Shown: positions 51,314-61,157 of the stretch, piece by piece
Position numbering within the stretch: position 1 is the first letter of the stretch
Layout of the letters: every line of letters starts with the position of its first letter
DNA from: an uncultured cyanobacterium
GTDB lineage: Bacteria > Cyanobacteriota > Cyanobacteriia > Phormidesmidales > Phormidesmidaceae
Assembly: GCA_963793265.1 (NCBI GenBank)
Contig: CAWBZI010000001.1
Coordinates: 864,001 to 928,000, forward strand
Direction of reading: 5' to 3'
Length of the DNA: 64,000 nt
Program-made: the position numbers and the translations under genes
The notes under the pieces: generated by a model
Told to the model about the DNA's origin: nothing
The model's database searches: none
The model's input: only the letters and a program-made list of their open reading frames with translations

Positions 51314-53738
51314 ATGGCTACCAATTCGTCTGAAACTCTGCTGACTAGCCCCTATATTGAGCTAAATAATCGCGGTAAGCTGCTGCGGTTTGATCTGTGT
51401 GAGGACGAGCATCGGTTAGGGCGCGATCGCACCTGGGCCAATTTGCCAATTCCTGAGCAGGGCTGGGAGGTGATTTCAGGGCGGCATATTCTGTTTAAGC
51501 GGGAGGGCGATCGCTACCGAGCGTATGACGGCGATGGCAAAGGAAAGCCCAGCACTAACGGGCTGTTCATGAATCACACCCGAATCAAGCCTCAGCCGGG
51601 TTGTTTGCTGCTCAGACAATACCCAACTGCAAATCGGTCAAAATCCTCAGAACATGATTTTGATGGATTACACCGTACGGCCCAAAGCGCCGGTAACCAG
51701 CAACAGGCCGAACACGTCGCGACTGAACTTAAGAACGCTGCAATCGCCCAAAGTGGAGCTAGGCCGTGAGCCCGAAAATCAGGCGGCGGCAATGATGCTA
51801 AATGCCCCATCGGTATCGCGGCATCACGCTTCAGTTACCCGCGCTGAGAATGGCACCTACACGCTGCGCGACCATAGCGCCAACGGCACTTTTGTAAATA
51901 AGCAGCGGCTAAAAGCGCCGCATAAGCTTCAAGATGGCGACACGATTCAGATCGGGCCGTTTACGCTGCTGTATCGAGAGTCGCTGCTAGAGATTTTTGA
52001 TACGGGCGATCGCATTCGCCTAGACGCGCTCAACTTGGTGCGCAAAGTCAAATACGCCAACACCGAAAAAACCATCCTCAACGACGTTTCAGTCGCCATC
52101 GAACCAGGGCAGCTCGTCGCGATTGTCGGCGGCAGTGGTGCTGGCAAATCCACGCTGATGAAAACGCTGCTGGGCATTGCCCCAACTACATCAGGCGTCG
52201 TGCTGCTCAACGGCGACGACCTGCGCCAAAACTTTGATCTCTATCGCAGAGATATCGGCTACGTACCGCAAGATGACATCGTTCACCGCGAGCTAACCGT
52301 AGAGGAAGTGTTGACCTATGCCTGTCAGCTTCGCCTGCCGCCCGACACCAATATTGAAGCGGCCATTACGAACACGTTGAATCAAGTAAAGCTCAGCCAC
52401 GTTCGGCATACCGTGGTTCATCAGCTCAGCGGCGGGCAGCGCAAGCGCGTCAGTATCGCGGTGGAATTACTCGCCAATCCCAAGCTGTTCTTTTTAGACG
52501 AGCCGACCTCGGGCCTTGACCCTGGCCTGGATAAAAAGATGATGGAGCTGCTGCGAGAGCTAGCCGATCAGGGCCGGACGATTGTGCTAGTGACTCATGC
52601 GACGAGTAATTTGGAGGCGTGCGATCGCGTCATTTTCATGGGCAGCGGCGGTCAGCTCTGCTACTTTGGCCCGCCCGAAGACGCCATGACCTTTTTTCAA
52701 GCCCCTTCTCCCGACTTCAAACACTTCGCTGATATCTATATCAAGCTCGATGAGGGAAACACCGACGATCAGCGGGCGCAGAACGTACAGCACTGGGCTG
52801 AGAAATTTAAGCGATCGCCCATCCATCATCAATACGTAGAAACAGCCCTATCAGGCGCACAAAACAGCAGCTCTTCCGTCCGACCCAAGCGACAAAAAGG
52901 CTCCTGGTTCAGGCAGTGGTGGATTTTAGGTCGGCGGTACTTAGATCTGGTATTACGCGACAGGTTCAGCCTCCTTCTCTTATTCTTCACGGCTCCCATC
53001 GGCGTCGCGCTCTTAAGACTAGCCCTACGCGGCGAAAGCCCCATCGCTGAACCCGCCGTGCCAGTCGCACCCGAACACGCCCCCATGGCCCTGCGCGTTC
53101 TGTTCGTTTTCACCTGCGCCACCATTTGGGTCGGCCTTTCCAGCACCGCTCAAACCATCGTCAAAGAAGCCAACATCTACCTGCGCGAGCGCCTCGTCAA
53201 CTTACAGCTCGTCCCCTACCTCGGCTCCAAATTTTCTATCCATGCCGCCTTAGCGATCATTCAAGCCTTCCTACTCATGCTTGTGATCATCATCGGCTTT
53301 GAATCCCCCGATCCAGACCTATTGCCCTGGTTTGCAGGCGTCATCATCACCACCTTTCTCACCCTCATCGCCAGCATCAGCCTGGGCCTAATGATTTCAT
53401 CCATAGTTAAAAATCCCACTCAGGCCAACAGCGCCCTACCTTTGCTGCTCCTGCCTCAGATTATATTCTCCGGCATCCTCTTTGATCTCGACGGCCCGGC
53501 CCGCTTCATTTCCTGGCTAATGATCAGCCGCTGGTCTATCGGCGGCTATGCAGCTTCACTAGATATCAACAGCATGGTGCCTGAAGCAATGCCCGGCGTC
53601 ACTTTACCCTTCGATGGCAATACTGCCTACGATGCAACCTGGGAAAACTTGGCGCTGAACTGGGGGATTTTGTGTGTGCATAGTCTGGTGTGCTTGAGCG
53701 TCAGCCTATGGCAACAGAAGCGCAAAGATATTCTATGA
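51314..53738 (+). pseudogene. FHA-FHA-ABC(NBD)-ABC2 membrane transporter, split by a +1 frameshift near 51611 (or sequencing error)
   Basis: FHA1 (LGRD, ISGRH, STNG) in the frame of ORF 51275; end of FHA1 (SDNTQLQIGQNP), FHA2 (LGRE, VSRHHA, SANGTFVN), GGSGAGKST, LSGGQRKR and TMs in the frame of ORF 51654. Confidence 0.8.
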
Positions 53739-53806
53739 CGAAGATACTTTTATCTGAGCCCGCGCTACACTCATCGTGGAAATTATTTCTTTAACCTGCC
53801 TGATTC

Positions 53807-54157
53807 TTACTGCTCTGCGCCTTGAAATACCGCTGCAAAACCATCGCCAGCTTGAACTCTCGCCGCCATCTTTTCCAGGTCTAGACGCTTGAGCTGACTG
53901 ATATCCACAGACTGCTGTGCTAACCACAAACGATACTTCGCATCGACGGCTAGAAACACTTCGGCATTACCGCCCAACACAGCCGTTATCTTAAGCGCCA
54001 TTTCCGGGCTAAGTCCGATCTTTCCGTTCAAAATCCGTGTAATCGTCGAAGGTGATACACCTACCTGCTCAGCTAAGAAGCTCGCTGAAATACCGGCTGG
54101 CTCCATGTAATCTTCTTCGAGAATTTCTCCTACAGATACAGGCGTTTTTAATGACAT
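53807..54157 (-). CDS. higA: HigA family antitoxin
   Basis: GEILEEDYMEP, HTH LAEQVGVSPSTITRILNG, LSPEMALK. Confidence 0.88.
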   Translation of the reverse strand: MSLKTPVSVGEILEEDYMEPAGISASFLAEQVGVSPSTITRILNGKIGLSPEMALKITAVLGGNAEVFLAVDAKYRLWLAQQSVDISQLKRLDLEKMAARVQAGDGFAAVFQGAEQ

Positions 54158-54169
54158 AGGTTCTTATCT

Positions 54170-54460
54170 CTAGTGAATCGCGTCGGTGTACTCAATCTCA
54201 TAGACGTTTCCGTCTTTGTACACAAAAAGCAAGCGGTAGTTTCCACTCACTCGTATCTCCCAACAATCAGCTCGGCCCTTAAACGGCTTGAGATTAAAGC
54301 CAGGTGAGCCAAACGTTTCTAGCATCTTCCCTTTGCTATCAGCTTCGTTCAGCAGCGTCAGAATTCGGTCTATTTTCTTAGCGGCTTTAATCGGCAACTT
54401 TAGCGGCTTGTCTTTCTCCCAGAAGTTAGCCAGTCTTTTGTCGGAGAATGTTCTAATCAT
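54170..54460 (-). CDS. higB: HigB (RelE-like) toxin
   Basis: MIRTFSDKRL, PGFNLKPFKG, WEIRVSGNYRLLF; toxin upstream of antitoxin. Confidence 0.88.
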   Translation of the reverse strand: MIRTFSDKRLANFWEKDKPLKLPIKAAKKIDRILTLLNEADSKGKMLETFGSPGFNLKPFKGRADCWEIRVSGNYRLLFVYKDGNVYEIEYTDAIH

Positions 54461-54566
54461 ACTTTGCGTTTTGCGTTTTGCGCATTATGCACACTCACAA
54501 GGTACACCATTGGTTCATCTTCTCCTAGACATAATTAGCAGCGGATCTTCGATTACCTCACAACAC

Positions 54567-54604
54567 AAAAATCAGGTGCCTGATCTTGATTAAGATTAGG
54601 CACC
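54567..54604 (-). terminator. Intrinsic terminator after the PEP-CTERM gene
   Basis: Stem GGTGCCTGATCTT / AAGATTAGGCACC; T5 tract shortly downstream on the minus strand. Confidence 0.65.
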
Positions 54605-54656
54605 CAAAGTCGGTATTCAAAGTGTTGGTATAGCGTCTACAAACTGTATGGCTAAC

Positions 54657-55583
54657 TTATACAGTTTGACGGCGACGGCTGCGAAGCGCGATCGCACCAA
54701 AGCCGATCAAGGCCATTACCGTAGCAGGTTCAGGCACTTTAGCAGTTGCCAGTCCAACTAGGCGAGTATTACCATCGCCAATCGCGCTGAGGCTTGTGGC
54801 CTCACCCGTTGCCAGATTCACGCCATAGAACATGCCGCCCGAGGTTGCATAGGCTATGTTATCGCCTGCGCTCATTGAGAGAATGTCGAAGCCGCCAACG
54901 TCATCAAAGTCGAAGCCGAGTGCGCCGATGGTGTTGAGCCCGCCCGCGTTGGGTGGGTTTTGTAGCACTAGCGTGTCTTGGGCAAAATCGATGCCGTAGA
55001 GCTGAGTGCTACGGCCTGCGGGCGCGCCAGGGAAAGAGTTGGTGTAGCCGACTGCGGTGATGTTGGGATCTACACCAGCGTTGATATCGTCTGCAACGTA
55101 GGCCAGGGTGCCGTCAGGTTGAACGCCGGGCGTGTCGGCGTCAAAGTCAGCGATCGCACCCGTATCTACATTAATGCGAAAGTTTTGGTCGTTAGCCCCT
55201 TCAAGGCGGAGGCGATCGGCAGCAGGGTTAAAGTCAAAGCCTGAAAGCTGACCACCGTTGAAAGAAAGCGGTGAAAGCGTACTTTCTAACGTTGCCATGC
55301 CTGTAGATGTGTCAATCGTATAGATGGCATCTGTATCAGAGATCGAGTAGAGCTTGCCATTAGCAGGGCGAAAATCAATGCCTAAAAGCGTTCCGTCAAC
55401 GCCGCTGACGGCAACTGAGTTGGTTTTGGTAGGGTCGGCCAAATCAAATGACAATAGCGTGTTGCTATCAGTCAGACCAAACGCCCGGATAGTTGCGGCT
55501 GAAGCCGAAGAGATACCGGAGAGGAGCGCAGCCGCAGAAGTCGCTGCTGACAGTAGTATGAGCGCTATCTTATTCATTTTCAT
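54657..55583 (-). CDS. DUF4394-like secreted protein with PEP-CTERM signal
   Basis: Signal peptide; GIDFRPANGKLY, DFNPAADRLR, GYTNS, LQNPPNAG; C-terminal VPEPATVMALIGFGAIAL followed by RSRRR. Confidence 0.88.
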   Translation of the reverse strand: MKMNKIALILLSAATSAAALLSGISSASAATIRAFGLTDSNTLLSFDLADPTKTNSVAVSGVDGTLLGIDFRPANGKLYSISDTDAIYTIDTSTGMATLESTLSPLSFNGGQLSGFDFNPAADRLRLEGANDQNFRINVDTGAIADFDADTPGVQPDGTLAYVADDINAGVDPNITAVGYTNSFPGAPAGRSTQLYGIDFAQDTLVLQNPPNAGGLNTIGALGFDFDDVGGFDILSMSAGDNIAYATSGGMFYGVNLATGEATSLSAIGDGNTRLVGLATAKVPEPATVMALIGFGAIALRSRRRQTV

Positions 55584-55718
55584 AATTTTGTGCGTTTCGT
55601 AGGATTTGAATAGTGAGTGTTTTAAGAACACTTGCGATCTCAGCTAAAGGGAGATTGCATATTCAGTACGAATCCGAGAAAGTACTGGTTCTAAACCAGC
55701 CCCTTCTTCACAGTAAGT

Positions 55719-56951
55719 TCATCGTTCTTTTGATAGCACCTGCTCGTATCGACGACCTGCGATCGCCCACGTAAACTCCTCTTCAATAAACCGCCGCCCG
55801 TTCTGCGAGAGCGTTTGCCTCAGCTCAGCCGAATCAAAAAGCTGCGCGATCGCCCGCACATAGTCCTCAATCGCATTGGCTCGCAATGCCCGTAGCGGCA
55901 CCGTGCCATCATCTACCGTTAAGCCTTCTAAGCCGCGATCGCTCGCCACCACCGGAATCCCCGCCGCCATCGCCTCTAGCGTCTTATTTTTGATGCCATA
56001 TCCCGTCCGCATCGGCACCACACACACCGTTGACTCATGCAGATAAGGCGTCATCTCCGGCACTTTGCCCGTCACCGTCACATTCTCAATTTCGCCTAAA
56101 GCTTTGACCGCAGCGCCGGGCCGAGCACCTACCAAAGAGAGCGTCGCCTGTGGGTAGCGATGGCGCACTAAAGGAAAAATGTCTCTGGCTAAAAAGGTTA
56201 CAGAGTCAATGTTGGGCAGATTGTCCATTGCACCGATAAACACCAGGCTATAGCCGCTCGGATCTTGGGGGCGCATGGGAAATAGCGTGAGATCTACGCC
56301 GTTAGGGATGATAGCGATGTTGGAGTTGCCGCTCAGCTTAGCCATTTGCGTTTGGTCTTCGGCGGTGGTGACGACGAGGTTTGAGAATTTTTGGCAGTAG
56401 TTTTTTTCGTAGCGTTTGAGTAGCGGGAGGTTGAGGCGATCGCGCCAGGGCTTCTCAGCCGTCCCTCCTGCTAGCTGATGCGCGCAAGTTCCATACACCG
56501 AACTATGAATATTCACCACAGAAATAGGAATATGTCGCCCCACATCCGCTGGCACATACGACTCATTAACGCTGTGCTCACAGGTAATCACATCAAATTG
56601 CCCGCTCTCAATTTTGCCATTCACCCAGCGCTGCATTTCCTCTGAATGCATCCCACTCACGCTCGGCGGTACACCGTCTACCGCAAACTTTACCAAGCGC
56701 TGCCCTTTGCCTAATAGGCCAGAATCTTTGCTACTAGAAGGTCTTTGAAAAACAGCCAGCTCATTCACCCATTCTTCAAGCGCTGCAACCTCCGCGTCCG
56801 ATACATCACCACCGCGCAGCGTTGCCAACGAAATTTGATGCCCTTGCTGCTTGAGATATTTGAGCAAATTAAACGTTCTCACCGAAGTACCGCCCCGCGT
56901 CGGCGGATACGGAAACGTGGCGGAAAGCATCAAAATATTCATAGCAGGCAT
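55719..56951 (-). CDS. Glycosyltransferase family 4
   Basis: FPYPPTRGG, IPNGVD, FIGAMDNLPNID, GIKNKTLEAMAAGIPVV. Confidence 0.9.
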   Translation of the reverse strand: MPAMNILMLSATFPYPPTRGGTSVRTFNLLKYLKQQGHQISLATLRGGDVSDAEVAALEEWVNELAVFQRPSSSKDSGLLGKGQRLVKFAVDGVPPSVSGMHSEEMQRWVNGKIESGQFDVITCEHSVNESYVPADVGRHIPISVVNIHSSVYGTCAHQLAGGTAEKPWRDRLNLPLLKRYEKNYCQKFSNLVVTTAEDQTQMAKLSGNSNIAIIPNGVDLTLFPMRPQDPSGYSLVFIGAMDNLPNIDSVTFLARDIFPLVRHRYPQATLSLVGARPGAAVKALGEIENVTVTGKVPEMTPYLHESTVCVVPMRTGYGIKNKTLEAMAAGIPVVASDRGLEGLTVDDGTVPLRALRANAIEDYVRAIAQLFDSAELRQTLSQNGRRFIEEEFTWAIAGRRYEQVLSKER

Positions 56952-57949
56952 TATTCAGTGACGGGATGCAGCGCGGGTAAATAGGCTTTTTGCCGAGCGT
57001 TTTCAGGCAGCTTGGCTTCCTTTTGTCCCAAGTCGCGAGCGCGAGCACAGTAGATATCAAGTGGCGAAATCAGCATATCGATAGCCGGGCCTTTGGCTAA
57101 AGCGCGAGCGGCAGCGGCTTTAGGAAAATCTTTAAGCGCCCAGCGCAATAGGCTGCGGTTGCGTTCTCTAGTCGGTAACGGCCAGGCCAAATCGATGCCG
57201 TGCAGCTCATGTAGATAGCGGTTGGATTTACCGTAGCGGTACCATTGGCTGTGCAAATCTTTGAGCGTTTGCCGGTGCCGGTGCTGAATGGTCGCCTTGG
57301 GTGCGTAGTGAATTTTCCAGTCGCTTTCTCGCTGCACACGCCAGCAGATATCAGCGTCGCCGCCGGTTGTAAGATACGGGCGAAATAGCCCTACGGCCTC
57401 TAGCGCTTTTTTACGAATGGCCAAATTAGCCGTTTGACCGTAGGGGCAAAACTTATGAGCCAGTGTGTCTTGTTGGCTCATGATATGTTTGCGGTCGGCG
57501 TAGCTCTCTAGCAGGGTAGTGCCAGGGAAGGCGACGATTTCGCCTGCAACGAGGCCGATGGTTTTATCTTGAAAAGGTTGGATTAAATAGGTGAGCCAGT
57601 CGGGCTGTGGGTAGCAGTCGGCGTCGGTAAAGGCTAGAAACTCGCCGGTAGCTGCGCGGATGCCAGTGTTGCGAGCGGCGTAGGCACTTTGGATGTCGCG
57701 TTCGTTGAGGATTTTGAGGGTGAGGTTCTGGGCGGTGAAGGTGGCAGCGGCGGCGGCTAGGAGTTGGGGGGTGCGATCGCAACTCCCATTATCCACCAGC
57801 AAATACTCCACCCGATCAGCCGGGTACGTCTGCCCCATCAGGCACTCTAGCAGCCCTGGCAAATCCTGCTCGCCATTGTAAATAGGCACAATGACCGAAA
57901 CCGTGGGGAAGTATGAAGCGGAGATATCCGCGCTCGTTACGGTAGCCAT
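56951..57949 (-). CDS. Glycosyltransferase family 2
   Basis: VSVIVPIYN, VDNGSCD, AYAARN, FTDADC, GGDADICWR. Confidence 0.9.
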   Translation of the reverse strand: MATVTSADISASYFPTVSVIVPIYNGEQDLPGLLECLMGQTYPADRVEYLLVDNGSCDRTPQLLAAAAATFTAQNLTLKILNERDIQSAYAARNTGIRAATGEFLAFTDADCYPQPDWLTYLIQPFQDKTIGLVAGEIVAFPGTTLLESYADRKHIMSQQDTLAHKFCPYGQTANLAIRKKALEAVGLFRPYLTTGGDADICWRVQRESDWKIHYAPKATIQHRHRQTLKDLHSQWYRYGKSNRYLHELHGIDLAWPLPTRERNRSLLRWALKDFPKAAAARALAKGPAIDMLISPLDIYCARARDLGQKEAKLPENARQKAYLPALHPVTE

Positions 57950-58124
57950 TGCAGGGTAAAAAAGAACGAATCAACAAATGTTATATCAATGTGATCGTGA
58001 CAGCTTTGCTGATATTCGCTAACGCAAACTGAATAATCTTCAAGATATCCTTATGGAATCTAGCTTGCCCAAGAGAAATACTCATATCTAAATAAGTTAA
58101 TTCGTCCTTCTACCCTTCGCACCT

Positions 58125-59138
58125 GTGCTTAACGACTCTACTGCTACACCCAAAGTTAGTATCTGCGTACCTACCTACAACCGCGCCGCTATTTTGCCCT
58201 ACGCAGTCGAAAGCGTTTTGAGCCAAACCTATCCAGACTTTGAACTACTCATCTGCGACGACGCCTCACCTGACAATACCGCTGAAGTCGTCAGTCAGTG
58301 GTCAGATCCGCGCATTCGCTACATCCGCCATCCGCAAAACATCAAGCGCAGCCGCAACATGCGCTCAGGCTATGAAGCAGCAGCAGGCGAGTACTTCATC
58401 AAGTTCGATGACGACGACGCCCTGACGCCTACTTTTTTAGAAAAAGCCGTTGCCGTTCTCGACGCACAGCCCGAGGTAGATTTCGTCTGCACCGACCACT
58501 GGATTATCAACGCCCGCAATGAGCGTGATGAAGAAGCAACGGCTGCAAACTCGGCAAAATGGGGCAAAGACCGCCTGAGACACGGCGTTATTGATGACTT
58601 AGTTGAAGAAACTTTTTTGCACCAAAGCTTACAGGTCGGCTCCTCGCTGTTTCGCAAAAGCAGCTTAGAAGCTGTGGACTTCATGCGTTTTGAGGCAGAC
58701 GGCTGTGAGGACTTCGATCTTTTAGTTCGCTGCGCTTTGGCCGATCAAACCGCGTATTTTATTCCTGAACGGCTGATGGAATATCGCTTTCATGGCGGTC
58801 AAACGAGCCTTAAGCAAGACATTCATTTCCTCACGGCCAAGTCGTTTTGTCTGGACAGCTATCGTTTTTCTCATCGGCCTGCGCTAGAAGCAGCGCGTAT
58901 CAATAAGCTCAATGGGCTTAAGCAGGTGTTGGCAATGCGCCTGATAGAAAAGGGTGAAGCTCAGCGCGGACGGCAGCTTATTCAAGAGCTTAAGACGGCA
59001 GGGGCACTTTCTAATCGAGCCAAAGTAGGACAAATGCTATCGTACTTACCAAGTTGGATTAGGCAGCTTGCTTTTCAGGGGTTCCGCCAGGTTCGGCCCA
59101 AAGACTACAGCGAGAAAGTACGTAATGCCGCAGGATAA
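58125..59138 (+). CDS. Glycosyltransferase family 2
   Basis: VSICVPTYNR, CDDASPD, KFDDDD, EDFDL. Confidence 0.9.
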   Translation: MLNDSTATPKVSICVPTYNRAAILPYAVESVLSQTYPDFELLICDDASPDNTAEVVSQWSDPRIRYIRHPQNIKRSRNMRSGYEAAAGEYFIKFDDDDALTPTFLEKAVAVLDAQPEVDFVCTDHWIINARNERDEEATAANSAKWGKDRLRHGVIDDLVEETFLHQSLQVGSSLFRKSSLEAVDFMRFEADGCEDFDLLVRCALADQTAYFIPERLMEYRFHGGQTSLKQDIHFLTAKSFCLDSYRFSHRPALEAARINKLNGLKQVLAMRLIEKGEAQRGRQLIQELKTAGALSNRAKVGQMLSYLPSWIRQLAFQGFRQVRPKDYSEKVRNAAG

Positions 59139-60108
59139 GCCTTCTCAAAAAGAATCTAGCCGCAAACCTTGGAAGTTCCCCTGGAAACTGGGCGGGCTTC
59201 TGATGCTCCTTGCAGTAAACCTCGCTTGGATCGGCCTGGGCAAATGGGAGAAAACCGTTTCAGCCTCAGAAGATTCGATTCAAGCTTTGAAGAATGTGAG
59301 TGCAAAAGAAGTAACCGAAGAACCCGCCGATAGATACGTTTATCGAGATAGCGATCACACGTATGAACTGCCGAAGGCGACTGTGCATGTGGTGAGCGCA
59401 TCGCCCGCTGACTCCGTTTCGATAGCGATCGCAGATGAGCTAATGACCGTCGAAGCATTTGCTCAGGAAATACCAGGCGCTATAGCGGTTATCAACGGTG
59501 GCTTCTTCGATCCTAACAACGGTAAAACCACGTCTCACCTCATTAGCCAGGGCCAGGTTGCAGGCGATCCAGAAGAGAACGAGGGACTCACAGGTAACCC
59601 CCGGCTGCAAGCCTTTCTTCCCCAAATCTTTAACCGCTCAGAGTTTCGGGTTTATAACTGCCCGCTGGCAGATAGATCTAGCCCGTACGACATCACCTTC
59701 CATGACGCGCCTGTGCCAGAGGGTTGCAAAATTGAAAGTGCGATTGGGGCTGGCCCGCAGCTATTGCCCGCCGATACGAGTGAAGCTGAGGCATTTACGG
59801 CCTATGAAAATGATGAGCTGGTGCGAGATGCAATCGGCAGCGTGCATCCGAATGCTAGAAGCGCATTAGCCCTTTATCCAGACGGTGGGCTTTCGCTGAT
59901 CATGGTAGCCCAGCGCCTCGATGCTCCTGGCCTAACGCTAGCCGAGCTTACAGAATTTGCCTCTACTCTAGGTGCGAGCCAGCTTCTTAACTTGGACGGT
60001 GGCAGCTCGTCCTCTTTGTATTACAACGGACAAACGCATCTAGCCCGATTAGATGCTGAAGGCAATCCCATTCAACGCTCGGTAAAGTCCGTCATCGTAA
60101 TCGAATAG
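59125..60108 (+). CDS. Phosphodiester glycosidase family protein (NAGPA/DUF2233-like)
   Basis: AVINGGFF, IGAGPQL, ARSA, LNLDGGSS; N-terminal TM. Confidence 0.85.
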   Translation: MPQDKPSQKESSRKPWKFPWKLGGLLMLLAVNLAWIGLGKWEKTVSASEDSIQALKNVSAKEVTEEPADRYVYRDSDHTYELPKATVHVVSASPADSVSIAIADELMTVEAFAQEIPGAIAVINGGFFDPNNGKTTSHLISQGQVAGDPEENEGLTGNPRLQAFLPQIFNRSEFRVYNCPLADRSSPYDITFHDAPVPEGCKIESAIGAGPQLLPADTSEAEAFTAYENDELVRDAIGSVHPNARSALALYPDGGLSLIMVAQRLDAPGLTLAELTEFASTLGASQLLNLDGGSSSSLYYNGQTHLARLDAEGNPIQRSVKSVIVIE

Positions 60109-60132
60109 GTGATCAATATAGCGATCGGCTAA

Positions 60133-60798
60133 CTAAGGGTGTACCCAGTGTTCCATCTGAGATACAAACGGCCCAGCGCCGACTAATGCACCGACATAAT
60201 TTTCTGGCATAGGCACCACGTCTAAATACCATCCTTCTGGGCAGTCAATTGGGACGCTCGCCAACCGAGGCGGACTTAGCTGCACCTCAACCGTCTGCAT
60301 CGACTGCGTTAGGCCCAATCCAATCGCCTTTAAGTAAGCCTCTTTGCAAGTCCATCGCTGCAAAAAAGCCTGAAGCTGCTCGCTAGATGGCATCGATTTC
60401 ACCTGCGCTAGCTCACCCGAAGACAGGCAGCGTTCCATCATGCCGTCTAGCCGCTGAATCGTTTTTAGCCGTTCAATATCGATGCCCACTTGCCTGTGAT
60501 GTCCTAAAACGCACAGGGCGATTTCGCCTGAGTGAGAGAGGTTGAAATAAACGCCATCGATGCTGGGTTTGCCGTATTTGCCGTATGAAAAGGTGATTGA
60601 TTGGGGCGATCGCACCAAAGCCTGCCCTAGCAAATGCCGCAACGTCCCTCTAGCAACCACATACCGCCTTTTATCATCAGCAAACTTGAAACGGTTAGCC
60701 CTGGACTTTTCGTCTGATGAAAGACACGTAAAGTAGGCACTAACGGTATTTTCGGACACCTGTAGCGGAATCTGCCATACCTGAACCACCTCGCTCAT
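60133..60798 (-). CDS. Sfp-type 4'-phosphopantetheinyl transferase
   Basis: YGKP, FNLSHS, VGIDIE, WTCKEAYLKAIG. Confidence 0.92.
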   Translation of the reverse strand: MSEVVQVWQIPLQVSENTVSAYFTCLSSDEKSRANRFKFADDKRRYVVARGTLRHLLGQALVRSPQSITFSYGKYGKPSIDGVYFNLSHSGEIALCVLGHHRQVGIDIERLKTIQRLDGMMERCLSSGELAQVKSMPSSEQLQAFLQRWTCKEAYLKAIGLGLTQSMQTVEVQLSPPRLASVPIDCPEGWYLDVVPMPENYVGALVGAGPFVSQMEHWVHP

Positions 60799-61157
60799 CT
60801 ACCGCTCCGACCCGTCCGTCATGGGTAGGTAAATTTTATTCATAAAGTAAACGCAAAATGTTGTTGTTTGTGTAAAGAGAGCAGACGGAGGTGATTATAC
60901 CTAGAGCAGTGTGCCAGTATTCTTCCTGAGAAGGTCGGCAAATTAAGTCACTAAATACGCTTAATTTGGTCAATTCTTCGGAAGCCAGTCGTCAAGTATC
61001 TGAAACTGACTCCAAGCTTAGCCTCAAAATATATCTAAAAATGCTCCGAAGCTAAGAACGAGCGCTAACCTCTCCGTAAATCGCCCTATTTACGACGGTT
61101 TAACCCAAACGCCCGTAGCTTCACTGATACATAATTGCTACTTTTTCGGCATCAGCA

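Noticed and set aside
51612..51769. C-terminal part of ORF 51275 as a genuine protein end
   Set aside because: Out-of-frame tail after the frameshift; the FHA consensus continues in the other frame
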